From the NCBI GenBank assembly GCA_040285825.1, contig JAUPSS010000005.1, positions 1,798,001-1,862,000 of the forward strand: a DNA stretch of 64,000 nt, written 5' to 3'. The notes under the pieces were generated by a model. The model was not told the origin of the DNA. It saw nothing but the letters and a program-made list of their open reading frames with translations, and searched no databases. Origin of the DNA: Eukaryota sp. TZLM1-RC (taxonomy: Eukaryota > Protista > Metamonada: BaSk clade). Made by a program: the position numbers and the translations under genes. Each line of letters starts with the position of its first letter. The stretch's first letter is position 1. This document shows positions 37,901 to 50,751 of this stretch, one piece after another.

Positions 37901-40900
37901 ATTGGTTGAATGGTCATTGGTATGATTAGATGAGTTGCATGTAGTCTTTATGTACTAGATGTGATCAACTTGTGATCAAACTTTGTGTGAAATTGTGTGT
38001 TAGTAATGTTGGCTATGTGTTACTTGATCAGTACAAACTCATGATTACATTTTCAAATGATTTTGTATATATTTGAATTAATTGAGTGTATTAATTTTTA
38101 AACATTAAATTGTAAAAAAGTAAAAAATCAAAAAGTATACAATTGAATGTTGTAAACTAATAAAACAATTGCTGTAAGTGTAAGAGTATCGTTTTTGATA
38201 CGATTTACTGAGGCTCATATGAAGTTCCTAGTTTCGTATATTGACCAATGGTTGTTTATTACAATCATTGGTCAAATCTTTAAAGTCCATTTTGGGACAA
38301 TTAATATAACAATTGTGGTGTTAAAGTCCGTGCTATGGTCATTTGATTAGTCATTGGTATGATTGGTTGAATGGTCATTGGTATGATTAGATGAGTTGCA
38401 TGTAGTCTTTATGTACTAGATGTGATCAACTTGTGATCAAACTTTGTGTGAAATTGTGTGTTAGTAATGTTGGCTATGTGTTACTTGATCAGTACAAACT
38501 CATGATTACATTTTCAAATGATTTTGTATATATTTGAATTAATTGAGTGTATTAATTTTTAAACATTAAATTGTAAAAAAAGTAAAAAATCAAAAAGTAT
38601 ACAATTGAATGTTGTAAACTAATAAAACAATTGCTGTAAGTGTAAGAGTATCGTTTTTGATACGATTTACTGAGGCTCATATGAAGTTCCTAGTTTCGTA
38701 TATTGACCAATGGTTGTTTATTACAATCATTGGTCAAATCTTTAAAGTCCATTTTGGGACAATTAATATAACAATTGTGGTGTTAAAGTCCGTGCTATGG
38801 TCATTTGATTAGTCATTGGTATGATTGGTTGAATGGTCATTGGTATGATTAGATGAGTTGCATGTAGTCTTTATGTACTAGATGTGATCAACTTGTGATC
38901 AAACTTTGTGTGAAATTGTGTGTTAGTAATGTTGGCTATGTGTTACTTGATCAGTACAAACTCATGATTACATTTTCAAATGATTTTGTATATATTTGAA
39001 TTAATTGAGTGTATTAATTTTTAAACATTAAATTGTAAAAAAAGTAAAAAATCAAAAAGTATACAATTGAATGTTGTAAACTAATAAAACAATTGCTGTA
39101 AGTGTAAGAGTATCGTTTTTGATACGATTTACTGAGGCTCATATGAAGTTCCTAGTTTCGTATATTGACCAATGGTTGTTTATTACAATCATTGGTCAAA
39201 TCTTTAAAGTCCATTTTGGGACAATTAATATAACAATTGTGGTGTTAAAGTCCGTGCTATGGTCATTTGAGTAGTCATTGGTATGATTGGTTGAATGGTC
39301 ATTGGTATGATTAGATGAGTTGCATGTAGTCTTTATGTACTAGATGTGATCAACTTGTGATCAAACTTTGTGTGAAATTGTGTGTTAGTAATGTTGGCTA
39401 TGTGTTACTTGATCAGTACAAACTCATGATTACATTTTCAAATGATTTTGTATATATTTGAATTAATTGAGTGTATTAATTTTTAAACATTAAATTGTAA
39501 AAAAAGTAAAAAATCAAAAAGTATACAATTGAATGTTGTAAACTAATAAAACAATTGCTGTAAGTGTAAGAGTATCGTTTTTGATACGATTTACTGAGGC
39601 TCATATGAAGTTCCTAGTTTCGTATATTGACCAATGGTTGTTTATTACAATCATTGGTCAAATCTTTAAAGTCCATTTTGGGACAATTAATATAACAATT
39701 GTGGTGTTAAAGTCCGTGCTATGGTCATTTGATTAGTCATTGGTATGATTGGTTGAATGGTCATTGGTATGATTAGATGAGTTGCATGTAGTCTTTATGT
39801 ACTAGATGTGATCAACTTGTGATCAAACTTTGTGTGAAATTGTGTGTTAGTAATGTTGGCTATGTGTTACTTGATCAGTACAAACTCATGATTACATTTT
39901 CAAATGATTTTGTATATATTTGAATTAATTGAGTGTATTAATTTTTAAACATTAAATTGTAAAAAAAGTAAAAAATCAAAAAGTATACAATTGAATGTTG
40001 TAAACTAATAAAACAATTGCTGTAAGTGTAAGAGTATCGTTTTTGATACGATTTACTGAGGCTCATATGAAGTTCCTAGTTTCGTATATTGACCAATGGT
40101 TGTTTATTACAATCATTGGTCAAATCTTTAAAGTCCATTTTGGGACAATTAATATAACAATTGTGGTGTTAAAGTCCGTGCTATGGTCATTTGATTAGTC
40201 ATTGGTATGATTGGTTGAATGGTCATTGGTATGATTAGATGAGTTGCATGTAGTCTTTATGTACTAGATGTGATCAACTTGTGATCAAACTTTGTGTGAA
40301 ATTGTGTGTTAGTAATGTTGGCTATGTGTTACTTGATCAGTACAAACTCATGATTACATTTTCAAATGATTTTGTATATATTTGAATTAATTGAGTGTAT
40401 TAATTTTTAAACATTAAATTGTAAAAAAAGTAAAAAATCAAAAAGTATACAATTGAATGTTGTAAACTAATAAAACAATTGCTGTAAGTGTAAGAGTATC
40501 GTTTTTGATACGATTTACTGAGGCTCATATGAAGTTCCTAGTTTCGTATATTGACCAATGGTTGTTTATTACAATCATTGGTCAAATCTTTAAAGTCCAT
40601 TTTGGGACAATTAATATAACAATTGTGGTGTTAAAGTCCGTGCTATGGTCATTTGATTAGTCATTGGTATGATTGGTTGAATGGTCATTGGTATGATTAG
40701 ATGAGTTGCATGTAGTCTTTATGTACTAGATGTGATCAACTTGTGATCAAACTTTGTGTGAAATTGTGTGTTAGTAATGTTGGCTATGTGTTACTTGATC
40801 AGTACAAACTCATGATTACATTTTCAAATGATTTTGTATATATTTGAATTAATTGAGTGTATTAATTTTTAAACATTAAATTGTAAAAAAAGTAAAAAAT

Positions 40901-42846
40901 CAAAAAGTATACAATTGAATGTTGTAAACTAATAAAACAATTGCTGTAAGTGTAAGAGTATCGTTTTTGATACGATTTACTGAGGCTCATATGAAGTTCC
41001 TAGTTTCGTATATTGACCAATGGTTGTTTATTACAATCATTGGTCAAATCTTTAAAGTCCATTTTGGGACAATTAATATAACAATTGTGGTGTTAAAGTC
41101 CGTGCTATGGTCATTTGATTAGTCATTGGTATGATTGGTTGAATGGTCATTGGTATGATTAGATGAGTTGCATGTAGTCTTTATGTACTAGATGTGATCA
41201 ACTTGTGATCAAACTTTGTGTGAAATTGTGTGTTAGTAATGTTGGCTATGTGTTACTTGATCAGTACAAACTCATGATTACATTTTCAAATGATTTTGTA
41301 TATATTTGAATTAATTGAGTGTATTAATTTTTAAACATTAAATTGTAAAAAAAGTAAAAAATCAAAAAGTATACAATTGAATGTTGTAAACTAATAAAAC
41401 AATTGCTGTAAGTGTAAGAGTATCGTTTTTGATACGATTTACTGAGGCTCATATGAAGTTCCTAGTTTCGTATATTGACCAATGGTTGTTTATTACAATC
41501 ATTGGTCAAATCTTTAAAGTCCATTTTGGGACAATTAATATAACAATTGTGGTGTTAAAGTCCGTGCTATGGTCATTTGATTAGTCATTGGTATGATTGG
41601 TTGAATGGTCATTGGTATGATTAGATGAGTTGCATGTAGTCTTTATGTACTAGATGTGATCAACTTGTGATCAAACTTTGTGTGAAATTGTGTGTTAGTA
41701 ATGTTGGCTATGTGTTACTTGATCAGTACAAACTCATGATTACATTTTCAAATGATTTTGTATATATTTGAATTAATTGAGTGTATTAATTTTTAAACAT
41801 TAAATTGTAAAAAAAGTAAAAAATCAAAAAGTATACAATTGAATGTTGTAAACTAATAAAACAATTGCTGTAAGTGTAAGAGTATCGTTTTTGATACGAT
41901 TTACTGAGGCTCATATGAAGTTCCTAGTTTCGTATATTGACCAATGGTTGTTTATTACAATCATTGGTCAAATCTTTAAAGTCCATTTTGGGACAATTAA
42001 TATAACAATTGTGGTGTTAAAGTCCGTGCTATGGTCATTTGATTAGTCATTGGTATGATTGGTTGAATGGTCATTGGTATGATTAGATGAGTTGCATGTA
42101 GTCTTTATGTACTAGATGTGATCAACTTGTGATCAAACTTTGTGTGAAATTGTGTGTTAGTAATGTTGGCTATGTGTTACTTGATCAGTACAAACTCATG
42201 ATTACATTTTCAAATGATTTTGTATATATTTGAATTAATTGAGTGTATTAATTTTTAAACATTAAATTGTAAAAAAAGTAAAAAATCAAAAAGTATACAA
42301 TTGAATGTTGTAAACTAATAAAACAATTGCTGTAAGTGTAAGAGTATCGTTTTTGATACGATTTACTGAGGCTCATATGAAGTTCCTAGTTTCGTATATT
42401 GACCAATGGTTGTTTATTACAATCATTGGTCAAATCTTTAAAGTCCATTTTGGGACAATTAATATAACAATTGTGGTGTTAAAGTCCGTGCTATGGTCAT
42501 TTGATTAGTCATTGGTATGATTGGTTGAATGGTCATTGGTATGATTAGATGAGTTGCATGTAGTCTTTATGTACTAGATGTGATCAACTTGTGATCAAAC
42601 TTTGTGTGAAATTGTGTGTTAGTAATGTTGGCTATGTGTTACTTGATCAGTACAAACTCATGATTACATTTTCAAATGATTTTGTATATATTTGAATTAA
42701 TTGAGTGTATTAATTTTTAAACATTAAATTGTAAAAAAGTAAAAAATCAAAAAGTATACAATTGAATGTTGTAAACTAATAAAACAATTGCTGTAAGTGT
42801 AAGAGTATCGTTTTTGATACGATTTACTGAGGCTCATATGAAGTTC
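28971..42846 (+). repeat. ~461-bp tandem rDNA spacer satellite, ~30 copies
   Basis: Marker AAGTTCCTAGTTTCG recurs every ~459-462 bp (one 438-bp unit near 30060). Internal ~23-bp duplication and three TGATCA sites per typical unit. Confidence 0.98.
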
Positions 42847-43845
42847 TGCCTTTGAAAAATCGAAACGAATGGCGCAATTTACAGGAGAAGTTTTCAATTT
42901 ATGAATAGCACCATTGTTTGATCACATTTTGGTGTGAAAACATTGTTGCGTGAACTTTACATTGATAAAGAAAATTAGTTTTCTTTGTTATTTGACAGAA
43001 ACAAAAATAAAGTCCAAAAATTTACAGTTTCACTTTCATTTTGAATGTATTCTAGAAACAGATATCGTTTGTTTGATTTGAATCAAAAGGTGATCGTTTG
43101 TATATGGCAACGGTAACGCCATTTTCTGCACGATTATCATTCTTTTGATTAGATTAGTATTTCTCTCAAGATTTTGAGCTTTATACATCATTCATTTGAT
43201 TTGAATTCCTTTGTTGATAATCTTTTTACAACATTTGCGACAATTTATACATGGTTATCTTGCCTTTGAAAAAATGGAAACGAATGGCGCATTTTACATG
43301 AGAAGTTTTCAAGTTTATAAATACAGCATGTGTTCTTGATCACATTTATGGAGTAAAAAAACATTGTCGCGTGAACTTTTACATTGATAAAGAAAAATTA
43401 TTTTACTTTTGTTATTTGACAGAAACAGAAAAAATAAATTCTTAAAAAATTTACAGTTTCACTTTCATTTTGATTGTATTCTAGAAACAGATATCGTTTG
43501 TTTGATTTGAATCAAAAGGTGATCGTTTGTATATGGCAACGGTAACGCTATTTTCTGCACGATTATCATTCTTTTGATTAGGTCAGTATCTTTTTCAAAA
43601 TTTATGAGCTTTATACATCATTAAAACCAAAGTTCATGTCATTCATTTGATTTGAATTCCTTTGTTGATAATCTTTTTACAACATTTGCGACAATTTATA
43701 CATGGTTATCTTGCCTTTGAAAAAATCGAAACGAATGGCGCATTTTACAAGAGAAGTTTTCAAGTTTATAAATACAGCATGTGTTCTTGATCACATTTTT
43801 GGTGTAGAAAAACATTGTTGCGTGAACTTTTACATTGATAAAGAA
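42847..43845 (+). repeat. IGS sub-repeat, ~2.3 copies (414 bp, 451 bp, partial)
   Basis: TGCCTTTGAAAAA(A)T(C/G)GAAACGAATGGCGC starts at 42847, 43261 and 43712. Confidence 0.92.
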
Positions 43846-45248
43846 GTTTTTCTTTTTTTTATTAAACATAAATAAAAAATAAGTTTAAAATTTCATAAAT
43901 TCAACAAACACTTTTATTGCAAAATCAGTACACGAAACTAGATGCTCTATTGATCAAAAATACTGCACCAAAAAAGCTAAAACAATTTGTCATAGTTTTC
44001 ATTTGAAATCCCCATTTCTTATATGACAAAAAAAACTCCACACTTGACAATAAATCTTTGAATTGTAATATCCATATGAGTGTTTCAAACGCTGTTGAAT
44101 GTTATTGTGTTTTCACACTTTCTGTGAAAACATGCTTATGCACAAGTGATACAAGGCAGGTTTGATACATGAAGAAATGATTTATGTATTCTGTTTCAAT
44201 GGCAATCTTGAAAACAATAGTGTTGGCAGAAAAGATGATGTATGTACTGAAAAGAATACTGTCCAGGAAAACTTTATTATGATAGAGTCTTCATCAAAAA
44301 GAAAGTACAACGGTGAAGACATCAAGCCAATCCATGAACAATTGAGATCAAAAGAGTGATTGAGTCAAACGAAACACTTACAATAACCGATAGGTACAAG
44401 ATTTACGGAATAGAAATCCAAAATGCGCTAGGCAAGGCTGCTGCACTGATGGCAATTGTGATGCCTACCCTTCTGCCCCCAAGAATCATGGCACTAAGAG
44501 TATAATGTGTTTGAAGTTACAGACGCATCCCAAAGTCGGAGTACGGAAATGAGAAAAACCGCAGAAGGTTGCTCAGGTTGGAAGATCAGATTTTGGGTCT
44601 GGTTTCAAACTTCAGATTTTCCAATTTTGACATTGGAATTTTACCAACCCATTATCCAATAGATTTTGGTTCTGTTGTCCTGTTTTTTGTATAAACACGA
44701 ATCAAAGATTTCTAGTTACAGCATTTGCTGGTGTTGTTTCACAGTGATGACCATTATGGTCTAAAATTGTGGATTTTACAAAAAGGTTCTTTGTTTTATA
44801 CAAATTGATTCAAAATCATCCAAATGAGATCAGACCACAAAAAATGGCGAAACGTGAAATGGGGGTCAGGAAATGAAAGAAATTTTCATTTTTTTATCCC
44901 ATTTCGGAAAGTACTTGCTATTTGATCATTTTCAATTGATTGTTTTTAAATAATTTATGAAAATGTGAAAACAGCTCAATTGTTCATGTTGAACAAAATT
45001 TTGGTGTTGTATGTAAGCCTTAATGGAAACATTAAATTTTACTACACGTGTCGAATTTTATGGGAAATCATTTTTGATTGAAAATTTAAATTGACACATC
45101 AATAAGATTTGATTACATTTATCAGGATGTAATGGATCTTTATGGAAAGCACAAATGATCAACATTGATACAATCATATTTGATTGATTTCACAAAAGGT
45201 AACATTTATGAACTTTTCTGGTTTTTAATCGGAATGTTTTATTGTTGA
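43846..45248 (+). promoter_or_regulatory. Putative Pol I promoter and 5' ETS region
   Basis: Unique sequence between the IGS repeats and 18S. Inferred from position only. Confidence 0.6.
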
Positions 45249-46337
45249 TACCTGGTTGATCCTGCCAGTAGGCATATGCTTGTCTCAAAGATTAAGCCAT
45301 GCATGTCTAAGTTCAGGAGTTTTCTCCGAAACAGCGAATGGCTCATTAAATCAGTGATAATTTATTTGATAGTACTTACTACTTGGATAACCGTGGTAAT
45401 TCTAGAGCTAATACATGCAGCAAATACTTCTTTTGAAGTATGCATTTATTAGATACAAAACCAATCCTGGCAACAGGTCTTTGGTGAATCATAATAACTA
45501 TGCTGATCGCATGTCTTCGGACAGCGACATATCATTTAAATCACTGCCCTATCAACTAAATCGTAAGGTAGTGGCTTACGATGGTGATGACGGGTAACGG
45601 GGAATTAGGGTTTGATTCCGGAGAGGGAGCCTGAGAAATGGCTACCACATCCAAGGAAGGCAGCAGGCGCGAAAATTACCCAATCTCATTACGAGGAGGT
45701 AGTGACAAAAAATAACAATACTGGGCTCTTTTGAGTTCGTAATTGGAATGAGTACAACTTAAAACCTTTAACGAGGAGCTACTAGAGGGCAAGTCTGGTG
45801 CCAGCAGCCGCGGTAATTCCAGCTCTAGTAGTGTATCTTAAAATTGCTGCGTTTAAATCGTCCGTAGTTGAATCTCAGAATTTGCGTATCTTCAGGTTTT
45901 CCTGTTGGTAAACAGATTCTTCTGTCTGAGGACACTAGTCATTTGCTTCGGCGGTGGCTATTGAATTCAGACCGTTTACTTTGAAAAAATTAGAGTGTTC
46001 AAAGCAGGCTTTATGCAATTGAATAACTTAGCATGGAATAATAGAATAGGACTTTGGTTCTGTTTTATTGGTTTTGAGAACTAGAGTAATGATTAAAAGG
46101 GACAGTTGGGGGCATTAGTACTCCGGTGTCAGAGGTGAAATTCTTGGATTGCCGGATGACTAACTACTGCGAAAGCATTTGCCAAAGATGTTCTCATTAA
46201 TCAAGGTCGAAAGTTGGGGGATCGAAGACGATTAGACACCGTCGTAGTCTCAACCATAAACTATGCCGACTAGGGATTAGTAGGCGTTAAATACGACCCT
46301 ATTAGCACCTTATGGGAAACCATAAGTTCTTGGGTAA

Positions 46338-46396
<59 letters not shown>

Positions 46397-46845
46397 TTGT
46401 GGAGCCTGCGGCTTAATCTGACTCAACACGGAGAAACTTACCAGGTCCAGACGTGATAAGGATTGACAGATTGATAGCTCTTTCATGATCTTACGGTTAG
46501 TGGCGCATGGCCGTTCTTAGTTGGTGGAGTGATTTGTCTGGTTAATTCCGATAACGAACGAGATCTAAATTGCTAACTAGTTTTATTCTATTTTCGGATA
46601 GTTTGAACTTCTTAGCGAGACTGCTGTGGTTTTACACAGAGGAAGGTTTAGGCAATAACAGGTCTGTGATGCCCTTAGATGTTCTGGGCCGCACGCGCGC
46701 TACAATGGTAGGTACAACGAGTTTGTCCTTAACCGAAAGGTTTGGGTAATCTTGTGAATACCTATCTTGACTGGGATAGATCCTTGCAATTATGGGTCTT
46801 GAACGAGGAATAACTTGTAAGTGCATGTCATCAGCATGCGCTGAA

Positions 46846-46891
<46 letters not shown>

Positions 46892-47030
46892 GATGTTGAG
46901 GTGAAATGTTTGGACTCAATGGGTTAAGCTGCAAAGCAAGACTTGTTGGGAAAATTCAGTGAATCTTTGCATCTAGAGGAAGGAGAAGTCGTAACAAGGT
47001 ATCCGTAGGTGAACCTGCGGATGGATCATT
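45249..47030 (+). rRNA. 18S rRNA
   Basis: TACCTGGTTGATCCTGCCAG start, GTGCCAGCAGCCGCGGTAA, TTGTACACACCGCCC, GAACCTGCGGATGGATCATT end. Confidence 0.99.
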
Positions 47031-47128
47031 GTCGTTTGTGAGCTTGGCTTGCCAAGTTTCACTTTAACTGAAACCTAATACCGAACCAACCCTTTTTATT
47101 ATAAAAACTAATAGTTTCTATGAAACAT
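47031..47128 (+). other. ITS1 (~100 bp)
   Basis: Lies between the 18S end and the 5.8S start. Confidence 0.85.
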
Positions 47129-47291
47129 CCAACTTTCAGTGATGGATGTCTCGGCTCCTTTATCGATGAAGAACGCAGCGAATTGCGATACGTAATGTGA
47201 ATTGCAGAATCTGTGAATCATCGAAACTTTGAACGCAAATGGTAGTTCTTTAGAGCTTCGGCTTTATTGAACTATACTTGAATCAGCGTCG
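47129..47291 (+). rRNA. 5.8S rRNA
   Basis: AACTTTCAGTGATGGATGTCTCGGCTC, TCGATGAAGAACGCAGCG, GAATTGCAGAAT, CTTTGAACGCA. Ends approximate. Confidence 0.97.
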
Positions 47292-47448
47292 TCTTTTATT
47301 TTTCCATTTCGGATAATTGGAATTGAAGGTTACTTCTTTTCTTAAATAATCAAATATATGATTGACTTTTGTCAACATTTATTGTTGAAGGCAACTTTTA
47401 CATTAATTGACGACTCATCTCTTTCATATATTGTCTTTTAGACATCAT
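47292..47448 (+). other. ITS2 (~157 bp)
   Basis: Lies between 5.8S and the 28S start (CGACCTG). Confidence 0.85.
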
Positions 47449-47798
47449 TTCGACCTGATTTCAAGTAAGATCACCCCCTGGACTTAAGCATATCAATAAG
47501 GGGAGGAAAAGAAAATAACTATGATTTCCTTAGTAGCGGCGAGCGAACAGGAAAAAGCTCAAGACTGAATCTTTATGATCTTTAGATTGTGAAGAGTTGT
47601 AGTCTATGGAAACCAGTATTCGGTTCTCGATGTATAAGTCCTTTGGAAAAGGGTATCATGGAAGGTGAAAATCCTGTAAATGACATCGAAGTAATTGATT
47701 CACTACTGATTTTCCGAGAGTCGCGCTGTTTGGGAATGCAGCGTTAAATGTGGGGTAAGTTTCCCATAAAGCTAAATATAAAAGGAGACCGATAGTTC

Positions 47799-47829
<31 letters not shown>

Positions 47830-48670
47830 TCTGAAGAGAGAGTTAAAAGTACCTGAAATCACTGAAAGGATAAGCGATTGGAACTTGATATTGATAGCTT
47901 CGGCTGTCTTGCGTTGGAGTGATTTTGAAAATTGAGTGATTGTGGGGAAGGTAGCTATAATGAACTTCGGTTTATTGTAGTGTTATAGCCTCATAAATTG
48001 TTCTTTTTAAGAATCAGGAATACGGTTTTACCGAGACTCCAACATAAAAGGTTCAATTGTCCCGTCTTGAAACACGGACCAAGGAGTGTATCTCTTCTGC
48101 AAGTCGTAGGGTGTAAAAACCTGAAGGCGAAATGAAAGTAATTTTATGAGGGGAAGTTTCGACTGCACCCTCAACCAGTCCTTGCAAAGGGATCTGAGTA
48201 TGAGCAGAATGGATACGACCCGAAAGCCGCTGAACTATGCCTGAATAGGATGAAGCCAGGGGAAACTCTGGTGGAAGTCCGTAGCGATGTTGACGTGCAA
48301 ATCACTCGTCAAATTTGGGTATAGGGGCGAAAGACTCATCGAAGCGGCTAGTAGCTGGTTACGTTCGAAGTTTCCCCCAGGATAGCTGGAGCTTGTTTTA
48401 GTTTTGTCCGGTAAAGCTAATGATTAGAGGTACTAGGGACGCAATGTCCTTAGCCTATTCTCAAACTTTAAATGGGCAAGATTTGTGATGATACTTAAGT
48501 GATCGTTGCAATTGAATAATAGCTCTAAGTGGGCCATTTTTGGTAAGCAGAACTGGCGATGTGGGATGCTCCAAAAGACATGTTAAGGTGCCTAAGTGTG
48601 CACTCATTTAGACCCCAGAAAAGGTGTTGGTTGATATTGACAGCAGGACGGTGGCCATGGAAGTCGGAAT

Positions 48671-48704
<34 letters not shown>

Positions 48705-49614
48705 TCAACTAGCCCTGAAAATTGATGGCGCTAAAGTGTGCCACCTATACATGTCCATTAATTCATTTTATGAGTTAATGTGTAGAACGTCGTGGGGGTT
48801 GCGTAGAAGGTTCATTGTGAAATGGACTGGAGCAGCCTCTAGTGCAGATCTTGGTGGTAGTAGCAAATAAACAAGTTGGAATCTTGTTGACCGAAGTGGA
48901 GTAGGGTTCCATGGTAAAGGTATTCTGCCATGGGTTAGTCGGTCCTAAGGCACAGGTTAACTCTTTGAGAGGGGGCTTTTATAGCTCCGTCCTGTCGAAA
49001 GGGAAGCAGGTTAATATTCCTGCACCAACAGTGGGTGTTCGTGGTAACACAATCGAATCTAGAGATGTCGGGGAGGATCCTGGGAAGAGTTATCTTTTCT
49101 TATTAACTGTCTATTGTCCATGGAATCTGTTTAACAGGAGAAGTGGATATAAGATAGGAAGAGCATTACGTTTTTGTAATGTCCGGTGTATTCTCAACGG
49201 CCCTTGAAAATCTAGAGGAGTAATCACTTCATTGTTGTCCGTACCGATAACCGCATCAGGTCTCCAAGGTGTGTAGCCTCTGGTCTATAGAAGAACGTAG
49301 GTAAGGGAAGTCGGCAAAATAGATCCGTAACTTCGGGATAAGGATTGGCTCTAGGGGCCTTGTGTAAGAGCCCTAGTGGTGACGCACTGAGCGTTGATGT
49401 GATTGGCAACAATTGCGTTGATGCGAGGTGTTGATCCATTGGGATTACTTTTATGCAATTAAAGGTCAACCTAGAACTGTAACGGACAAAGGGAACCCGA
49501 CTGTTTAATCGAAACAAAGCTTTCTGATGGCCGGAAACGGTGTTGACAGAAAGTGATTTCTGCTCAGTGCTCTGAATGTCATTGTGAAGAGATTCAATCA
49601 AGCACGGGTAAACA

Positions 49615-49659
<45 letters not shown>

Positions 49660-49660
49660 C

Positions 49661-49693
<33 letters not shown>

Positions 49694-49715
49694 GTTCCCA
49701 CTGTCCCTACCTACC

Positions 49716-49751
<36 letters not shown>

Positions 49752-49757
49752 TAATTC

Positions 49758-49795
<38 letters not shown>

Positions 49796-50154
49796 TGATA
49801 TTGTGAACCGATTCAGGAGGTGTAGCGTACAGGGGAGTAGATTTATCTACGCCAATGAAACACCCTGACTCTTGACATTGGTTTGCTAACTTAATTAATC
49901 CGAAACAGGTTTCCTGTTTCAAGATTTAAGTGTCTTCGGATACGATCGGATTTAAGGACATTGTCAGATGGGGAGTTTGGCTGGGGCGGCACATCTCCAA
50001 AATAATAACGGAGGTGTCCTAAGGTGAGCTCAATGAGAACAGAAATCTCATGTAGAACATAAGGGTAAAAGCTCACTTGATTTTGATTTTCAGTATGAAT
50101 ACAAACCAAGAAATTGTGGCCTAACGATCCTTTAACTATAAGAAACTTTTAGCT

Positions 50155-50197
<43 letters not shown>

Positions 50198-50299
50198 AGC
50201 CAAGCGTTCATAGCGACGTTGCTTTTTGATTCTTCGATGTCGGCTCTTCCTATCATTGAGAAGCAGAATTCTCAAAGCGTTGGATTGTTCACCCATTAA

Positions 50300-50355
<56 letters not shown>

Positions 50356-50751
50356 AATAATTGTCATCCTAATAGTAAAGCAACCCAGTACGAGAGGAAC
50401 CGTTGTTTCGCATAATTGGTATTTACGCTTATCTGAAAAGATATTGGTGTGAAGCTAACATGCGTTGGATTATAGCTGAACGCCTCTAAGCTAGTATCCA
50501 ACCTAGAAAGGATGATATATTGACCTGCAAATTTAATCGATAAAGATTAGGATTGTGTTTACACAGTCCCAATATCTCATCAGTGGGATTGATGTTTAGT
50601 CTAAGTACTATTCATTGATCATTGAAACTATGAAGATTCGCAGGATCATGAAACCTTGGCAGACGACCAAGATACGGAACTCATTGCTGTAAGTGTAAGA
50701 GTATGGTTTTTATACGATTTACTGAGGCTCATATGAAGTTCCTAGTTTCGT
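47449..50751 (+). rRNA. 28S rRNA (uninserted copy)
   Basis: CTTAAGCATATCAATAAG, CCGTCTTGAAACACGGACC, CTCTTAAGGTAGCCAAATG (R2 site, empty), GAGACAGGTTAGTTTTACCCTACTG, sarcin-ricin loop AGTACGAGAGGAAC. Ends approximate. Confidence 0.99.

Noticed and set aside
28971-42846. CRISPR array or tandem protein-coding genes (repeated 64-69 aa ORFs)
   Set aside because: There are no unique spacers. The ORFs appear or vanish with single-base variants, use non-ATG or variable starts and overlap rRNA-derived sequence.
44045-44075. Bacterial-like TTGACA...TGTAAT promoter
   Set aside because: Eukaryotic rDNA spacer context; expected by chance in AT-rich DNA.
49621-49720. R2/R1/R4 insertion or group I intron in the intact unit
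   Set aside because: The sites are uninterrupted and the rRNA lengths are normal.
45415-50109. ORFs within 18S/28S
   Set aside because: Chance frames inside rRNA genes.
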